DNA of 64,000 bases, taken from positions 14,384,001 through 14,448,000 of the forward strand of contig CP075496.1 of assembly GCA_021613535.1 (NCBI GenBank). The letters are read 5' to 3'. Positions 1 through 13,143 of this stretch are shown in pieces. Origin of the DNA: Adineta vaga (taxonomy: Eukaryota > Animalia > Rotifera). The translations under genes and the position numbers were made by a program. Under the pieces are notes generated by a model. It was not told the DNA's origin, did no database searches, and saw only the letters and a program-made list of their open reading frames with translations. The number at the start of each line of letters is the position of its first letter. Position 1 is the first letter of the stretch.

Positions 1-1089
1 ATATCTAAGTAAAAGTAACGATGAGAATATTTGTCAAATCTGACGTTATTTTTTGATGATTTTAATATCAGATTAAAACGTAAGAATGACTACATGACTT
101 ATTCAACAAACAACCAACTTTATATTGAATAGATATTATTTTAATATATAAAATGATATACAGTATATAGTTATTTTTCTTGTGATTCACAAATGAATAT
201 ATCAACTTCAATGTTTATTAAGTAGGCTCAAAAGTTACACACACGATTCCCGGTACTGGTGTATATTTGTTAATGGTTTTCATATGCGTAGGAAACTTTT
301 CGACAGAATCGAAATCTTCATATCCATAAAAAAACGAGCAATTCTATATATATTGATTTAAATGAGTAGCTTACTCTACAAGTCTATGGTGAATTATATA
401 TCAAATTGACTTTTGAAGAAAGAACGATGTTATGTTCGAGGTGTGAATAGAGAAGACGTGAGTGGATTTAGTCAGTTAGAACATAACTCTTTTTCTTTTG
501 ACTTTCCAATAACTTATATACAATAACAATAACAAAGAGAGAGAAAATTATAACAGATTTCACAATCGTTTAACTATAACAAACGATTTTCGTATATAAA
601 AGTAGTGGAGACTGAGGAACTAACGAATTAAAAACTCTTTAACAATGAATATAGAAAGAGATATGGACTTTCGTACGACTTCAATACTAAAGTTGAATTC
701 AATGCAATCACCTCGAATTATCTATTGCCCTTTCTCTTAGTTGAGACTGAAATATAACAGACCATTGTATGCAATCCTCACGGTCGAACAAATGAAAAAC
801 AAGATTTTATTATTTCTCAACCAACAACGAAAACTTAATTCATTTTTTTCCAAATCTTTTTTCTTGTCCTTCAGAAAGTGAAAATCCTCGCGCCATCATT
901 AGTTGTAATCAATAGCTTTAGTTTTTTAGGTGGATAATGTCTACTTCGTAAATAAAATATAAATTCTAAAAAATTTATTCTTAATACGCCCTTAATTTTT
1001 CCTTTCTTTAAAAAAAAACTTATTCTTAATAATAATAATAAAAAGAATATCTAATTATGTAGAAAAAAGATGTGAGAAAGTAATATCTT

Positions 1090-2020
1090 TCATCCAACTG
1101 TTTGATTATTAATAGCTGTTGTAATTGTTGATTGATCAGCACTTCCACAATACATTGCACCCGTTTCTATTCAATTTATTTAGAAAAAAAAAACAATTTA
1201 TTTCATTTTTAATAAAATAAAATAAAAACAAAACTTACGTCCATAATTTGCAAATGTTAATGTTGTTATATTATAAACAGTAACACTTGTACTCCCAATG
1301 ATTACTGTTGGTACATTTGTATATTGAGTTGTTGATGTTGATCCCAAAGCATTATTAATTTGTTTCATTCGTGAGATTCGACATGCACTATTTCCTGTTG
1401 ATGATAAACTATTATTTATACCTGAAGTTATTCCTTGATCAATACATCGAGTAGAATAGTAAATAATCGCTGGACATAACAAAAATATTGATGTGGGTGT
1501 ATTTGTTGCTGTTGTTGTTGTATTTGTTATACAATTGGATAATGAACATAAAGATATTAATGTATCACTTTTATAGTTTTGTAATATTCGGTAACACTAA
1601 GTTTAGAAAAAAGAAGAATTTATTTCGATTTTCAATCATTTTCTTCATTTACCGCTTGATTTAATGGATAACCTGTTGATATTGATGCACCAGCTGTAAT
1701 TGCAATAGATGAATTAATAGTAGCAAGCATTTGTAATTGATTAATACAATATTCTTTAAAAAAATGAATAAAAAAATTAAATTATATTAAATAGAACAAA
1801 AGAGACAAACTTTCTCCCAATGGAGTTAAATCTTGTTTTGATAAATATGTTGGAATAAGAGATACAACAACTGCTACAGCTATTCCAATAAATAATGTAA
1901 AGATTAAACATGCACCTGCTGAGAGAATTAAATTTGAATAAGATGAGCTAGAAATAGAATTGAAAAGATTCAATTGAATATATTACAATATTTTACTTAC
2001 AGTTGTCCTATTGAACGCAT
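1090..2020 (-). CDS. Spliced gene (about 5 exons), uncharacterised type II membrane/secreted Cys/Thr/Ser-rich protein
   Basis: ATG at 2020 (MRSIGQ) and short GT-AG introns. Hydrophobic segment LILSAGACLIFTLFIGIAVAVVVSLIP is followed by a Cys- and Thr-rich region. TGA at 1090-1092. Confidence 0.65.
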
Positions 2021-3040
2021 TTTCGAAATCGAAGTTACAAGAAACAAATTGTGAAAAAGATATTTCATTTGTTCGGAATATTTATATCGATCGATAAAAG
2101 GAGACACTATCTCATTATTTTCATAGATATCAAAATAAGTTTATGATTGATTAATTTATTTCAATGTTTTATATTTAGAAAATGATTTCAAATATGATAT
2201 TAATATATCCTATTAAATATAATTAGATATTTAACTCATTAACCTTCAAAATAAAATATAATGATCAACCTTCACAAAAGACAATGACTATTTTAATTGA
2301 TCAATTGACGATTTTATTTGTCTATTCTAACAAGGATATCAGACAAATGATAACTTTCGTGTTATTTACAAAGACAAATTCAAAGTCTCATTATACTATG
2401 ACTTAATACAACATTTCTTTAGAAGTATACCTACGATAATTGTTTGCTTGGCTGTATGATGGTTACAGCTGTCTGAATTCTCATGACTCGTGTATTTTTA
2501 CTAGTAGATTGAGTTCAGATAATGTACTTTGCCTAGACTGACTCTTTTCGAGAAATTTAAATACAAAATCGAATGATATAATTTTTATAAACATGATCTT
2601 GATCTTGACAACATTTAGCTTATGCAGCTATCTGTAATATTCGTCGTATTTTGTACTGTATTGCTAATTAAATCATATGAAGGAAATGAAAAATTCTATC
2701 TCAAGTTTCAAAACTCAACGAATTCATTGTATGAAAATTTTTTTTAAAGAAAGAAGATACTGCCCTCTATAATATTTTGGTATAAATCTAATTGAAATAA
2801 ATAAATAAATGCAAAGTAAAAGATTATTGAATTTCATTAATAAAAATTAAAAATAAATAAAAAACTAAAAAGTAAATAAATGAATGCTTAAACTGAGTAA
2901 CCAAGTTAGTAACACGATTATAATGGTTCTTTTGGTTGCTAATATACAATCAAACATCGTTTGTTATTGTTGCCATTTGTAGTGATAGTTAGAAACGTTG
3001 AATAGATTTTTCATTAGTTGTCGTTCTTTCGTCTGTCATC

Positions 3041-5458
3041 ATGAGCCAACGACATACATTACAAGGTTCTTTTTTCTTCTTATTATTAAGTTTAATTATA
3101 ATTCAAATTTTAATATAGTCTTTGAACAATATCAAAAAGCTCGTTTAGCATTTGTACAATCTGTTGCTGATCTTGCGACTCGACCACAAAATATTGAAAC
3201 ACTTCAAAATGCAGGTGTTATGGCTTTACTTCGTCCATTATTACTTGATGTTGTTCCAAGTGTTCAACAAACAGCTGCATTAGCTTTAGGTCGTCTAGCT
3301 AATTATTCCGATCATTTAGCTGAATCAGTTGTTCGTGGTGATATACTTCCTCAACTTGTTTATTCATTAGCTGAACAAAACGTAAAGAATTTCGTTTGAT
3401 TTTTCTTCAATGAAAAGTTTCAATTTCTAGAGATTTTACAAAAAAGCTGCTGCTTTTGTTTTACGTGCTGTCGCAAAACATTCACCACAATTGGCACAAT
3501 CAGTTATCGATTGTGGGGCTCTTGATGCACTTGTTGTCTGTCTAGAAGAATTTGATCCATCTGTTAAAGAAGCAGCAACATGGGCACTTGGTTATATTGC
3601 ACGACATAATGCAGGTATTTATTATTTTATTAAGAAAAACAAATAGATAACAATTGAATTATTTACAATTAACTAATTTCGAAGAAAAAAGACAAGTTAA
3701 GATATTATGACAAATAGGAGTTTGAAAACATTTGATTGTATGACGATCAAGACGTGGAAGAATAATTATTGGTTCTTTTGGAACAAATGAACCATCAGGA
3801 ATAATCATAAGTCCTTCGAAATTCGATGGAATTCCATTTGTAGAATGAAATTTCGAACTAGTAATAAGAATGATCAAGATCAGAAGTTTAGTTGACATTG
3901 TCAATTTGAATAATAGAATAAACGATCGATTGTATTTGTATATTCATATGGGAGAAGAAATTGTTTATGACCTTTCTTTCTTTCTTTGAAATCATTTCTT
4001 CTTTTTGATTGGATATCTTTGAAGACGCGGAAAGAAATGAATGAAATTTTTGATGTTTTTTTAGAACTATCTCAACATGTGGTTGATGCAGGTGGTGTTC
4101 CATTACTTGTTTTATGTTTACAAGAACCTGAAATTGCATTAAAACGTGTCGCTGCATCAGCTCTATCTGATATTGCTAAACATTCACCTGAATTAGCTCA
4201 AACAGTTGTTGATGCTGGAGCTATTGCACATCTTGCTCAAATGATTCTTAATCCTGATGCACAACTTAAAGTATTTAATCAATTTTTTTGTTTTATTTAT
4301 TTATTTTCTTTCTTCTTCTCGAATAGCGACAAGTCTTTTCAGCATTAAGTCAAATTGCCAAACATTCCGTTGATTTAGCTGAAATGGTTGTGGAAGCAGA
4401 AATCTTTCCAGCAGCTTTCGCATGTTTAAATGATACAGATGAATATGTGAAAAAGAATTGTGCGACATTAATACGAGAAATTGTTAAACATACACCAGAA
4501 GTAATAAAATCAAAAGAAATTTCTTCTATTAAATTCATTTTCTCTTTGTTTAGTTAGCACAAATGATTGTCAATGCTGGTGGAGTTGCTGCGGTTGTTAA
4601 TTATGTGGCATCAACTCGTGGAAATGTTCGTTTACCAGGCATTATGATGTTAGGTTATACAGCTGCACATACAGAAAGTTTAGCTATGGCTGTTATTGTC
4701 TCGAAAGTAAAACAAAAACCAACAATTTTAATAAAAAAACAAAATGAATTGATTTCTTAGGGTATTAATCAATTATCCATTGCACTTAATGAAGAAACAG
4801 AAGATCATATTTTAGCTGCAACAGCATGGGCACTTGGTTTGTTAATTGAACAAAAAAAAAAAGGAATCGTTATATTGATCATATAATTTAGGTCAAATTG
4901 GTCGTCATACACCTGAACATGCAAAATCAGTTGCTGTTGCCAATGTTTTACCCAAATTACTTCAATTATATATGCGAACAGATATGTCAGAAGATTTACA
5001 AACAAAAGCGAAAAAAGCTTTAAAAAATATTCTACAAAAATGTGTTTATTTACCTGTATTAGAACCTTTATTACATGAAGCATCACCAAATATTCTTAAA
5101 CATGTTGTCGCACAATTTTCGAAAGTTCTTCCACATGATCCAAAAGCAAGAAGATTATTTGTTACAAGTGGAGGATTGAAAAAGGTTTATTCTTTTTCTT
5201 GTTTCATTTTTTATAAATAAAAAATTTTCTTATTTAGATTCAAGAAATCAAAGCTGAAGAAGGTTCACCATTAGCTGAATATATCAATACAATAAATAGT
5301 TGCTTTCCAGAAGAAGTTGTCAAGTAAATTATTTGATTAACAATTTTTATTCTTGTATTTTGTTTTTAAATATTCAAATCAATACTTTTAGATATTATTC
5401 ACCTGGTTATGCTGATGAATTACTTGAACGTGTTGAAACTCATGCAAACAGAGCATAA
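3041..5458 (+). CDS. SPAG6: Sperm-associated antigen 6 (PF16), armadillo-repeat axonemal central-pair protein; multi-exon
   Basis: MSQRHTLQ/VFEQYQKARLAFVQSVADLATRPQNIETLQNAGVMALLRPLLLDVVP..., KVLPHDPKARRLFVTSGGLKKV and YYSPGY match SPAG6 closely. Confidence 0.95.
3659..3904 (-). CDS. Small secreted Cys-containing peptide nested antisense in a SPAG6 intron
   Basis: 81-aa ORF with a signal-peptide-like start (MSTKLLILIILITSS) and 4 C-terminal Cys. A minus-strand AATAAA lies at 3618-3623. The ORF fills the unusually long (450 bp) SPAG6 intron at 3615-4064. Confidence 0.6.
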   Translation of the reverse strand: MTMSTKLLILIILITSSKFHSTNGIPSNFEGLMIIPDGSFVPKEPIIILPRLDRHTIKCFQTPICHNILTCLFSSKLVNCK

Positions 5459-6041
5459 GACAATTTATTCCCGAATATCAACGTTTTCTTTTTTTCATTT
5501 CTTTTTCTTCTTGAAATTCAATCATTTTTCAAATATATTCATTAAAATATCAAATTCAATTCTATCTTTATTATAGGATATAGAATTTACTTTTTACTTT
5601 CATTTTATTTGTATTTCAACGAGAAAATACAAAAGTTACTATTTTATAAAATGATCAGAACGATCTTAATATCGATATTTAGACACAAAACTCAAGTTTA
5701 ACGTAAATCTCGAATAACATGTACACGTATTGGTAAAGATTGATTTCATTTTTAGCGGATAAATCAGTTTGAAAAATATCGAGATATTTAACAAAATATA
5801 AAATCGCGTGTACATTTTTGTTTCTACTGTGTATAAATTTACACCTGACGGGTAAAAGAAATCGTTCTGTTGATAACACATAGTAACGACATCTATAATC
5901 GATAGTGGCTAATGTCAATTGTTAATGGCTAAAATGATATATTCTTCTAGATTTCCTTTTCTTTGATTGATGATAGATATTTGTCTTTTTTATTCATTCA
6001 ATCTACGTCTTAGTTATAACTAGATCTGACGAAAGTATTCA

Positions 6042-8254
6042 ATGGCTCCAATTGTTTTGGATGATTTAAATGTCTTTACATTTCCTCATAGTCGAATGAG
6101 AAAATTAATGAATTGTTGTACATTAAAAGTAATAAAAATGATTATCTTTTGAAATTTTTTTTATTTCCATTTCAATTAGGTTGGTCATACTGATTTTACA
6201 AGTTTAGATGATTTTGAACAATTATTAATTCGTTTACAACGTACATTTACTGAATTTATGGCTCATGAAGAAATTGAAAATCATTTTGTAATGAAAAAAT
6301 TAAAACAAAAATTAAAAGAAGAATCAATAAATAATACTGATTTAGTTTGTAATTGCCATAAAGTTGATCGTTTTAGTCCTTTAATGAATTTATTTCGTGA
6401 TGGTTATGCTTTTATACGTCGTGGTAATGCTGATCGACTTTCTTATGGAATTAAATTACATAAAGCAATGCTTCGATTTTATGAAGATTTTCTTCCACAT
6501 ATGTATGAAGAAGAAAATGTTTGTTTATTTCCTTTTCTTTTCTTCAGAAAAACTAATTTTCTTGTTTGTTTGTTTTTTGTCTTAAGGATATTCAACCATT
6601 ACTTTCGAAACATTTTACAGAAATGGAATTGAAAATCATGAGAATTGAAGTGATTAAAATGACTTTACAAAAACGAGAAAATTCCGCGAATAATTTTGTT
6701 TATCAAATTGAAAGACCTTTGAAAATTTATGGTAAATCATATTTTGAAATTTGATAAAAACAAAAAAAGGAATTTATTGTTTAGTCATATCATACGAACG
6801 ATTAATATCAATAAATAATTTTTCTAATGAAATTTTACAAAATATTCTCAAATATTTATCAACAAAAGAAATCAAACAATCATGTCTTCGAGTAAATAAA
6901 CAATGGAATTATTGTTCATCAAAAGGTTTGTCTTTTTGTTTTGTGTTTATTTGAAAATGAAAATATATTTTTGTTTCAATTAGTTTTGAAAGATCGTTCT
7001 CCAATATCTCAAATTCCAGATGAAATTTTATTACGTTTATTTACATTTTATTTAAATCCATTGGATTTATTAACTTCTTGTATTCAAATTAATAAACAAT
7101 GGAAATCAATTATGAAAGAGAAAATCATTTGGAAAACAGTAAATCCAATTAATTGGACAAAAGGTAAATTTAGTTCAGTTTTTGTTTTGAATCAGTTTGA
7201 GTTTTTTTTTCTTTATTAAAGGTATTTGGAATTCAAATATTCCATTAGAAGAAATTCCTTCGGATGAAGATGAAAATTATTTAGTTTTGGTAAAGAATGA
7301 AGAATAGAAAATGAAAATTTGAATTTATTTATTTTAGAAAAACAATGAAATAAAAATGTTCACAGGTTTTATTAAATATTTTCTACCAAATTATGGATTT
7401 GCAATTGAAAATTTAATTTTATATGGAAGTTTAACAATTAATGATAATACAGTTACATTTAAACAAATATCTTTTCTTTTTCTCTCTTTTAATTCATTTA
7501 TTTCTTTTTAGGCAAGAAAAATCTTTGATCTTTGTCCAAATTTAAAACATTTAAATGTTGGAATGACAAAATTAACATCCAAAGCATTTATACAGTAAGA
7601 TCATTACGAACATAGTTCATCTCTTATGTAATTGAGAACTACTGTAAACTTCTCAAGCTGAGATTGAAACTCCCGATCCATAAAAGAAGACCCGCGGAGA
7701 TTTTTAAAAATGTTTTATTTTAGTTTTCGTTGGATAAATTCGTTGGAAAGTTTAATATTAGAAGGATGTGATTTAATTGATGATAATTTATTTATTTATT
7801 TAATTTCTTCATTAAATATAAATCAAATAACAATTGAAGATAAACAAGATTGTTTAATTGAACATTTTTGTTCATTAGAAAATTCTTTTAATAAATGTCA
7901 TTTATGTCAACAACTTTCGTCAAAATTTCAATTAAAATATTTGAATTTATCTGGTTGTTATTATTTAACTGATTATGGATTAAAGTAAATTGATTTATTT
8001 TCGAAAATAATTTGTTTATTTTGTTTTTAAGTTTATTGATTGAAAATGGTTTAACAAAATGTTTAAAATATCTTGATTTATCTGGTTGTATTTCAATAAC
8101 ATCTGCTTGTATATCATTATTAATTTCATCGAGTGAATCATTTTCATTTGAAAATCTTTATTTATGTGATAATCTTCAATCATCTTCATCAGCGAATTGT
8201 TGTCGAAATGTTGAAAATAAAAATGGACGTTTTTGTTGTCGAGAAAGAAATTAA
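6042..8254 (+). CDS. FBXL5: F-box/LRR protein 5 (iron/oxygen sensor); multi-exon
   Basis: N-terminus MAPIVLDDLNVFTFPHSRMRKL and hemerythrin motifs AHEEIEN, CNCH, FLPHMYEEE. F-box(es), LRRs (LKYLNLSGC, LKYLDLSGC) and a C-terminal Cys cluster YLCDN...CCR...FCCR follow. Confidence 0.9.
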
Positions 8255-8313
8255 ATTTAAAAAAGAAATAAAAAAACCAAATTCTTCTTTTCATTTATTG
8301 TTTTTAGATAATA

Positions 8314-11300
8314 ATGTCATTAAATTTTGCAAGAGAATTATTAAAAATATCTTTGAGTCAATTATGTGATCGAATTGGATTTGATTCGACATCAGAAATT
8401 GCGATGGATATTTTAATTGATGTTTGTGAAAAAGAATTTGTTAATTTAATTAAACAAACAACAAATCTTTGTCAAATTACAAATCGATCACAAATTAATT
8501 TTCTCGATTTTTTATCGATTTATTTCGATAATAATCAAGAAAATTTTCATCTTTTTTATGATTATATTAAACAATTTCAATCATTACCATTTTCTCAACA
8601 AATTATTCAATTTCCATTTAAAAAAAAAACACAATTTTATCTTCGAATTCCACCACAAGATTCACAACAAGTTTTACAAAGAGATTCAAATCAATTAACT
8701 GAATATATCTATGATTGGTTACCTTTATTTCCTGATCGTATTTATCTCTTTCTCTCTCTTTTTCAAATCTAATCTTTTCCTTTCTAGAAGAAACACCTGA
8801 ACATACAACAACGATTCATGTTGATACAACTTTTGATACAATTATTGATAATGAAGATCAAGACAAAAAGATTGATAAGTATGAATTGATTTCTCATTTA
8901 TCGATCTTATACAACAGATTTGAATGATATAAGAAAAAGAGGCTTGAAAAATTTCTTAGAAAATTAGTATATTCAAATGAATTATGGATTCAATGCGAAA
9001 TTCTGACCCACTTTGGTCGAAAAGCAAAGGAAGTAGACTGGAATTCATCGTAGAAAAATCCCGCAAATTTCCGATTGACATACTGTTTTTACTTCTGACA
9101 TATATCCGATGACTTTTCCATCTGTTTCCTACAAGATCTATAAAAATATATATAGGACGTTTTCTTAAGAAAGTTTTTGATTGATATTGAATGAATATTA
9201 ATTTAGAAGTGATTCTCATCATCCATTAACACTTTTATCATTTCTGAGTAAAAATGGTGATGAATCAAATCCAATTCCAACTGGTAAACGACCTAATCGT
9301 TCATTACCATCAATACTTTATCGTCCACGACGAATTATTGAAATGGAAACAGCAATTGCAGCTGCTGAAAAAGCGAAAAAAGATCAACTTGAAAAGGTAA
9401 TTTTTGTTGATATTTTCAATTAAAACTCAAAGAATTTCTCATTCATTTTTAAGGAAAATAATGATAAAGATCAACAAGTAGGTCCTCCTCCACCTCTTCG
9501 TTTAACAATATCAAAACCACTTCCAACAACAAATGAGAAAACATCTCAATCAATTAAAAAATCTTTAACAACATCAACAATTGATGGAATAAATACGAAA
9601 AAATCTTCAACTAATATTTTATTAAATAATAATAATTCACCAACTGTTAATCTTGGAAAGAAAGTTCTCATTAGTCCAATTATTAATGAATCAAATGAAT
9701 CATCACATTCACAACCAAATTTATCAACTATTGTTCGTCGTTTTTTATATTCATCATCAAAATTCGTCGAATTTTTCATTTATTTAGACATCGGAAACTA
9801 CTTTCGATAAAAGTAACGATATGGTCTTAGATTTATCAAAAACATCAACAATTCTCACATCACAACCAACAACAAAACTTCCAACATTAAAATTGAATTT
9901 CAAAAATGTTAATAATAATTCAGTACGTTGATTTTCTTCATTAAATTATCTTCTTTACTTGTTTTTTTCTTCAAGGAAATTCCTCTAACTGCACCAAAGA
10001 AAGTTTCCAAACCACCACTACCACCACCACCACCACCACCATCATCAACAACAACAACAACTACACTACACATGAAGTTAGATAAAGTTTAATAATAATA
10101 ATAAAATGTTGTTAAATTTGTTTAGAAAGTAAATTTAAAAATTCGTACATCATCATTACCATTATTTGGAGTAACAAGTGGAACTAATGAATTAATCTCT
10201 CAAATAAGTCCATCATTAAAAATTTCAAATGAAAATCTTTCAACTTCTATTGATCAAAATTTATTATTAAATGAAAATAAATCTTCAACTGAAATGATTG
10301 ATTCAACAAATCGTGTTGAACAATTATCAACTGAAGTAAAAAGAAAAGTTTAAAGAAAAGAATTTGATTTTAAGTTGAAAAATTTAGAATTCAATTATTG
10401 AAGAAGAAAAAAAGAAGAAGAAAAAGAAAAAACATCATGATCAAGAAATAAAAGAAGAAAAAAAAGTTAAAATTGAACAAGAAAATCAAAATAATACAAT
10501 AAATATTGAACCAATTCCTTCAATACCAAATGAACCAATTCCGGTAAGTTTCTCTCGTGAATTTTTTAATTCATTTTTTATCAATTTTGTCTTTTAAGCC
10601 ACCAACAAATCCATCAAATAGTGGAACTATTCGTTTAAAAATTAAATTAGGTAAACCATCAATTCCATCTGAAGAAATTTCAACTTCAATAAATTCGAAT
10701 CAAAAACAACAACCAATTCAATCCGAGTAACTTTTTTTCTATTGAATATTATTCTTTCTATTCGATTTCTTTAAGAAAAAAAGCTGATTCACTTGTCTTA
10801 AAATTACCTTTAGGAGGTAAATCTTCATTAAATCGTCCAATTCAACGACAAAAATCTACTAAATTAAAACGTTTATCTCAGACAAATGTGATCAATTCGA
10901 TTTCTTCTCATTCTGATAATGCATTTCAAGAAGATAATACAAATTCTATTGATGATTTACCTTTAGGAGAACGAACATCACCAAATAAACCAATTGTTCC
11001 ACATGATATTCATTTAACACAATCAATTCTTACAACTCCAATAAAAAAGAAATCAAATTCAATAAAGAAAAAATCTAATCAGAAAAAAGTGAATAATATC
11101 GTTGGAGTTGCCGTTATTGAAGAAAGAAGAGTAAGAACATTATTTCATAGAAACATACTTAAAAGAAAAAAACTAATTCTAATTGACAACTCTAGAGATT
11201 CTATTCAATTTCTTCTTTGTTAAGAACAATTTCATTAAGATAAAATCCTTATTTATTTATTAAGATTGATCATGATTCTCAAGAGAAAATATGGATTTGT

Positions 11301-11657
11301 CCATCATGTAATATTCCAGATAATGGTCAAGAACCAATGATACAATGTGATTTATGTGATGATTGGTATCATTGGTATAAAATTCTTATTTATTTATTTT
11401 TATAAGAATTTTTTTATTGAAAATTTTTTTAAAGGGAATGTGTTGGAATTGTTGAAGAACCACCTGAATCGATTTCATGGTTTTGTCCTAAATGTCATCG
11501 ATCAAATTCTTCTACAGCATCAGCACAAGGAATAAAACCATCAGCATCAAGTAAAGCAAAACGAAAACGAGCTTCAGCTCTTTATCAGCAAAAACAACAA
11601 CAGCAGCAACAACAACAACAACAACAACAACAAACTCAACAATATCCTTTAATCTAG
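8314..11657 (+). CDS. TAF3: TFIID subunit 3-like (N-terminal histone fold, low-complexity middle, C-terminal PHD finger, polyQ tail)
   Basis: FARELLKISLSQLCDRIGFDS histone fold and EYIYDWLPLFP. PHD finger WICPSC...MIQCDLCDDWYHWECVGI...WFCPKC. Confidence 0.85.
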
Positions 11658-11822
11658 TCTTTTGTCAGATTAGTTTTGTTTTATTTGAACAGTTGATATC
11701 TGTATCAAAATCGAAAATAAAATATTTAACAAAACTAATTAATACTTTGAAAAAAAAACACAAATATTCAATTGATTTATTATTTTCTAGAAAACGAAAA
11801 CGAATTCATTTCGATTATTCAA

Positions 11823-13143
11823 ATGCATTTAGTCAATACAAATGATTTATCAATTCCATCAGATGATTGGAAACCATCTTTTGTTACATTAGATACATCG
11901 TAAGTTTAGAAATGAATTTTAATTCAAAAAAAAATTTTTTTAATTTTTTTTTATTTAGAATGGGAAAAATGATTGTCGAACTTTATTGGGATCATGCACC
12001 GAATACATGTCGAAATTTTGCGGAATTAGCACGACGTGGTTATTATAATTCAACAAAATTTCATCGAGTTGTTAAAGATTTTATTGTACAAGGAGGAGAT
12101 CCAACAGGAACTGGACGAGGTGGTGCTTCAATTTATGGAAAATATTTTAATGATGAAATTACACCACTTTTAAAACATACAGGTAACGAGATTTGATCTT
12201 TGAAGAAAATCATTTTGTGTGAAGTATAATTACATATAGATTTGTTTGAAGTTGATAGAACTTGTGAAGAACTATAAATGTGATGATCAATCATAAGAAT
12301 ACATATAATGCTTTTAAGGTTTCTTTAATATTACATTTCTCAAGAACTCATGTATAGTGAAGTTCATAAAATCGTTAATTTCTATTTAGTAAATGAAATA
12401 AGATGAGAACTCTTGTTTTGAAAAGAAAATTTTTTTGTTAAAAATCTCGTTAATTGAATTTCTTCGTCTATTGAAATAAAAAAAGAGAATATTTTTTTGT
12501 TAATAAAATTACATATTCGAATATATTCTAATAGAGAAAAATCATTTAAGCCTTTGGAATAATATCTTGTATAGTTTCGAAGAAATTCAATCTATTAGTC
12601 GTTCGCAGAATCTTTCTAATCAATTTTTGTCCTATGAACTAAAAAAAGAAAAGATTCTTTAGAAAATAGAATTTCATATTTTTCCTCAGAAATGATTTCA
12701 ATAATCCTATCTAAAAGAAAAGAAAACGAGTCGATTTAATTATTGTAATTGACTTCAACAAGTTTCTATTCGAAATGAAATCTTCGAATGGTTTTTTTTT
12801 GTTTCTCTTCTCTTTCCAGAAAGCAAAAAAAAGCCCAAGTAAATTAAATAAAAGAAAAATCTCGATCAATAATAAGATTAGATAGTAAAAAAAACTCAAT
12901 TTCTTTTTCTTAATAGGTGCAGGAATCTTATCCATGGCAAATGCAGGTCCAAATACAAATGGTTCACAATTCTTTATAACATTAGCACCAACTCAATCTT
13001 TAGATAAATTACATACAATTTTTGGACGTCTTCATTCTGGTATTAATATTTTACAAAAAATTTCGATGATTCAAACAACAGATAATGATCGACCAATTGA
13101 TGATATAACTATTTTAAGAGCTTATATTACTGAAACAGAATAG
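11823..13143 (+). CDS. PPIL1: Peptidyl-prolyl isomerase-like 1 (spliceosomal cyclophilin); 3 exons
   Basis: [44 protein letters not shown]...[17 protein letters not shown]...[19 protein letters not shown]. Confidence 0.93.

Noticed and set aside
12183-12915. Long PPIL1 intron as a possible snoRNA host (GTGATGA box C-like at about 12280)
   Set aside because: No convincing box D or terminal stem was found.
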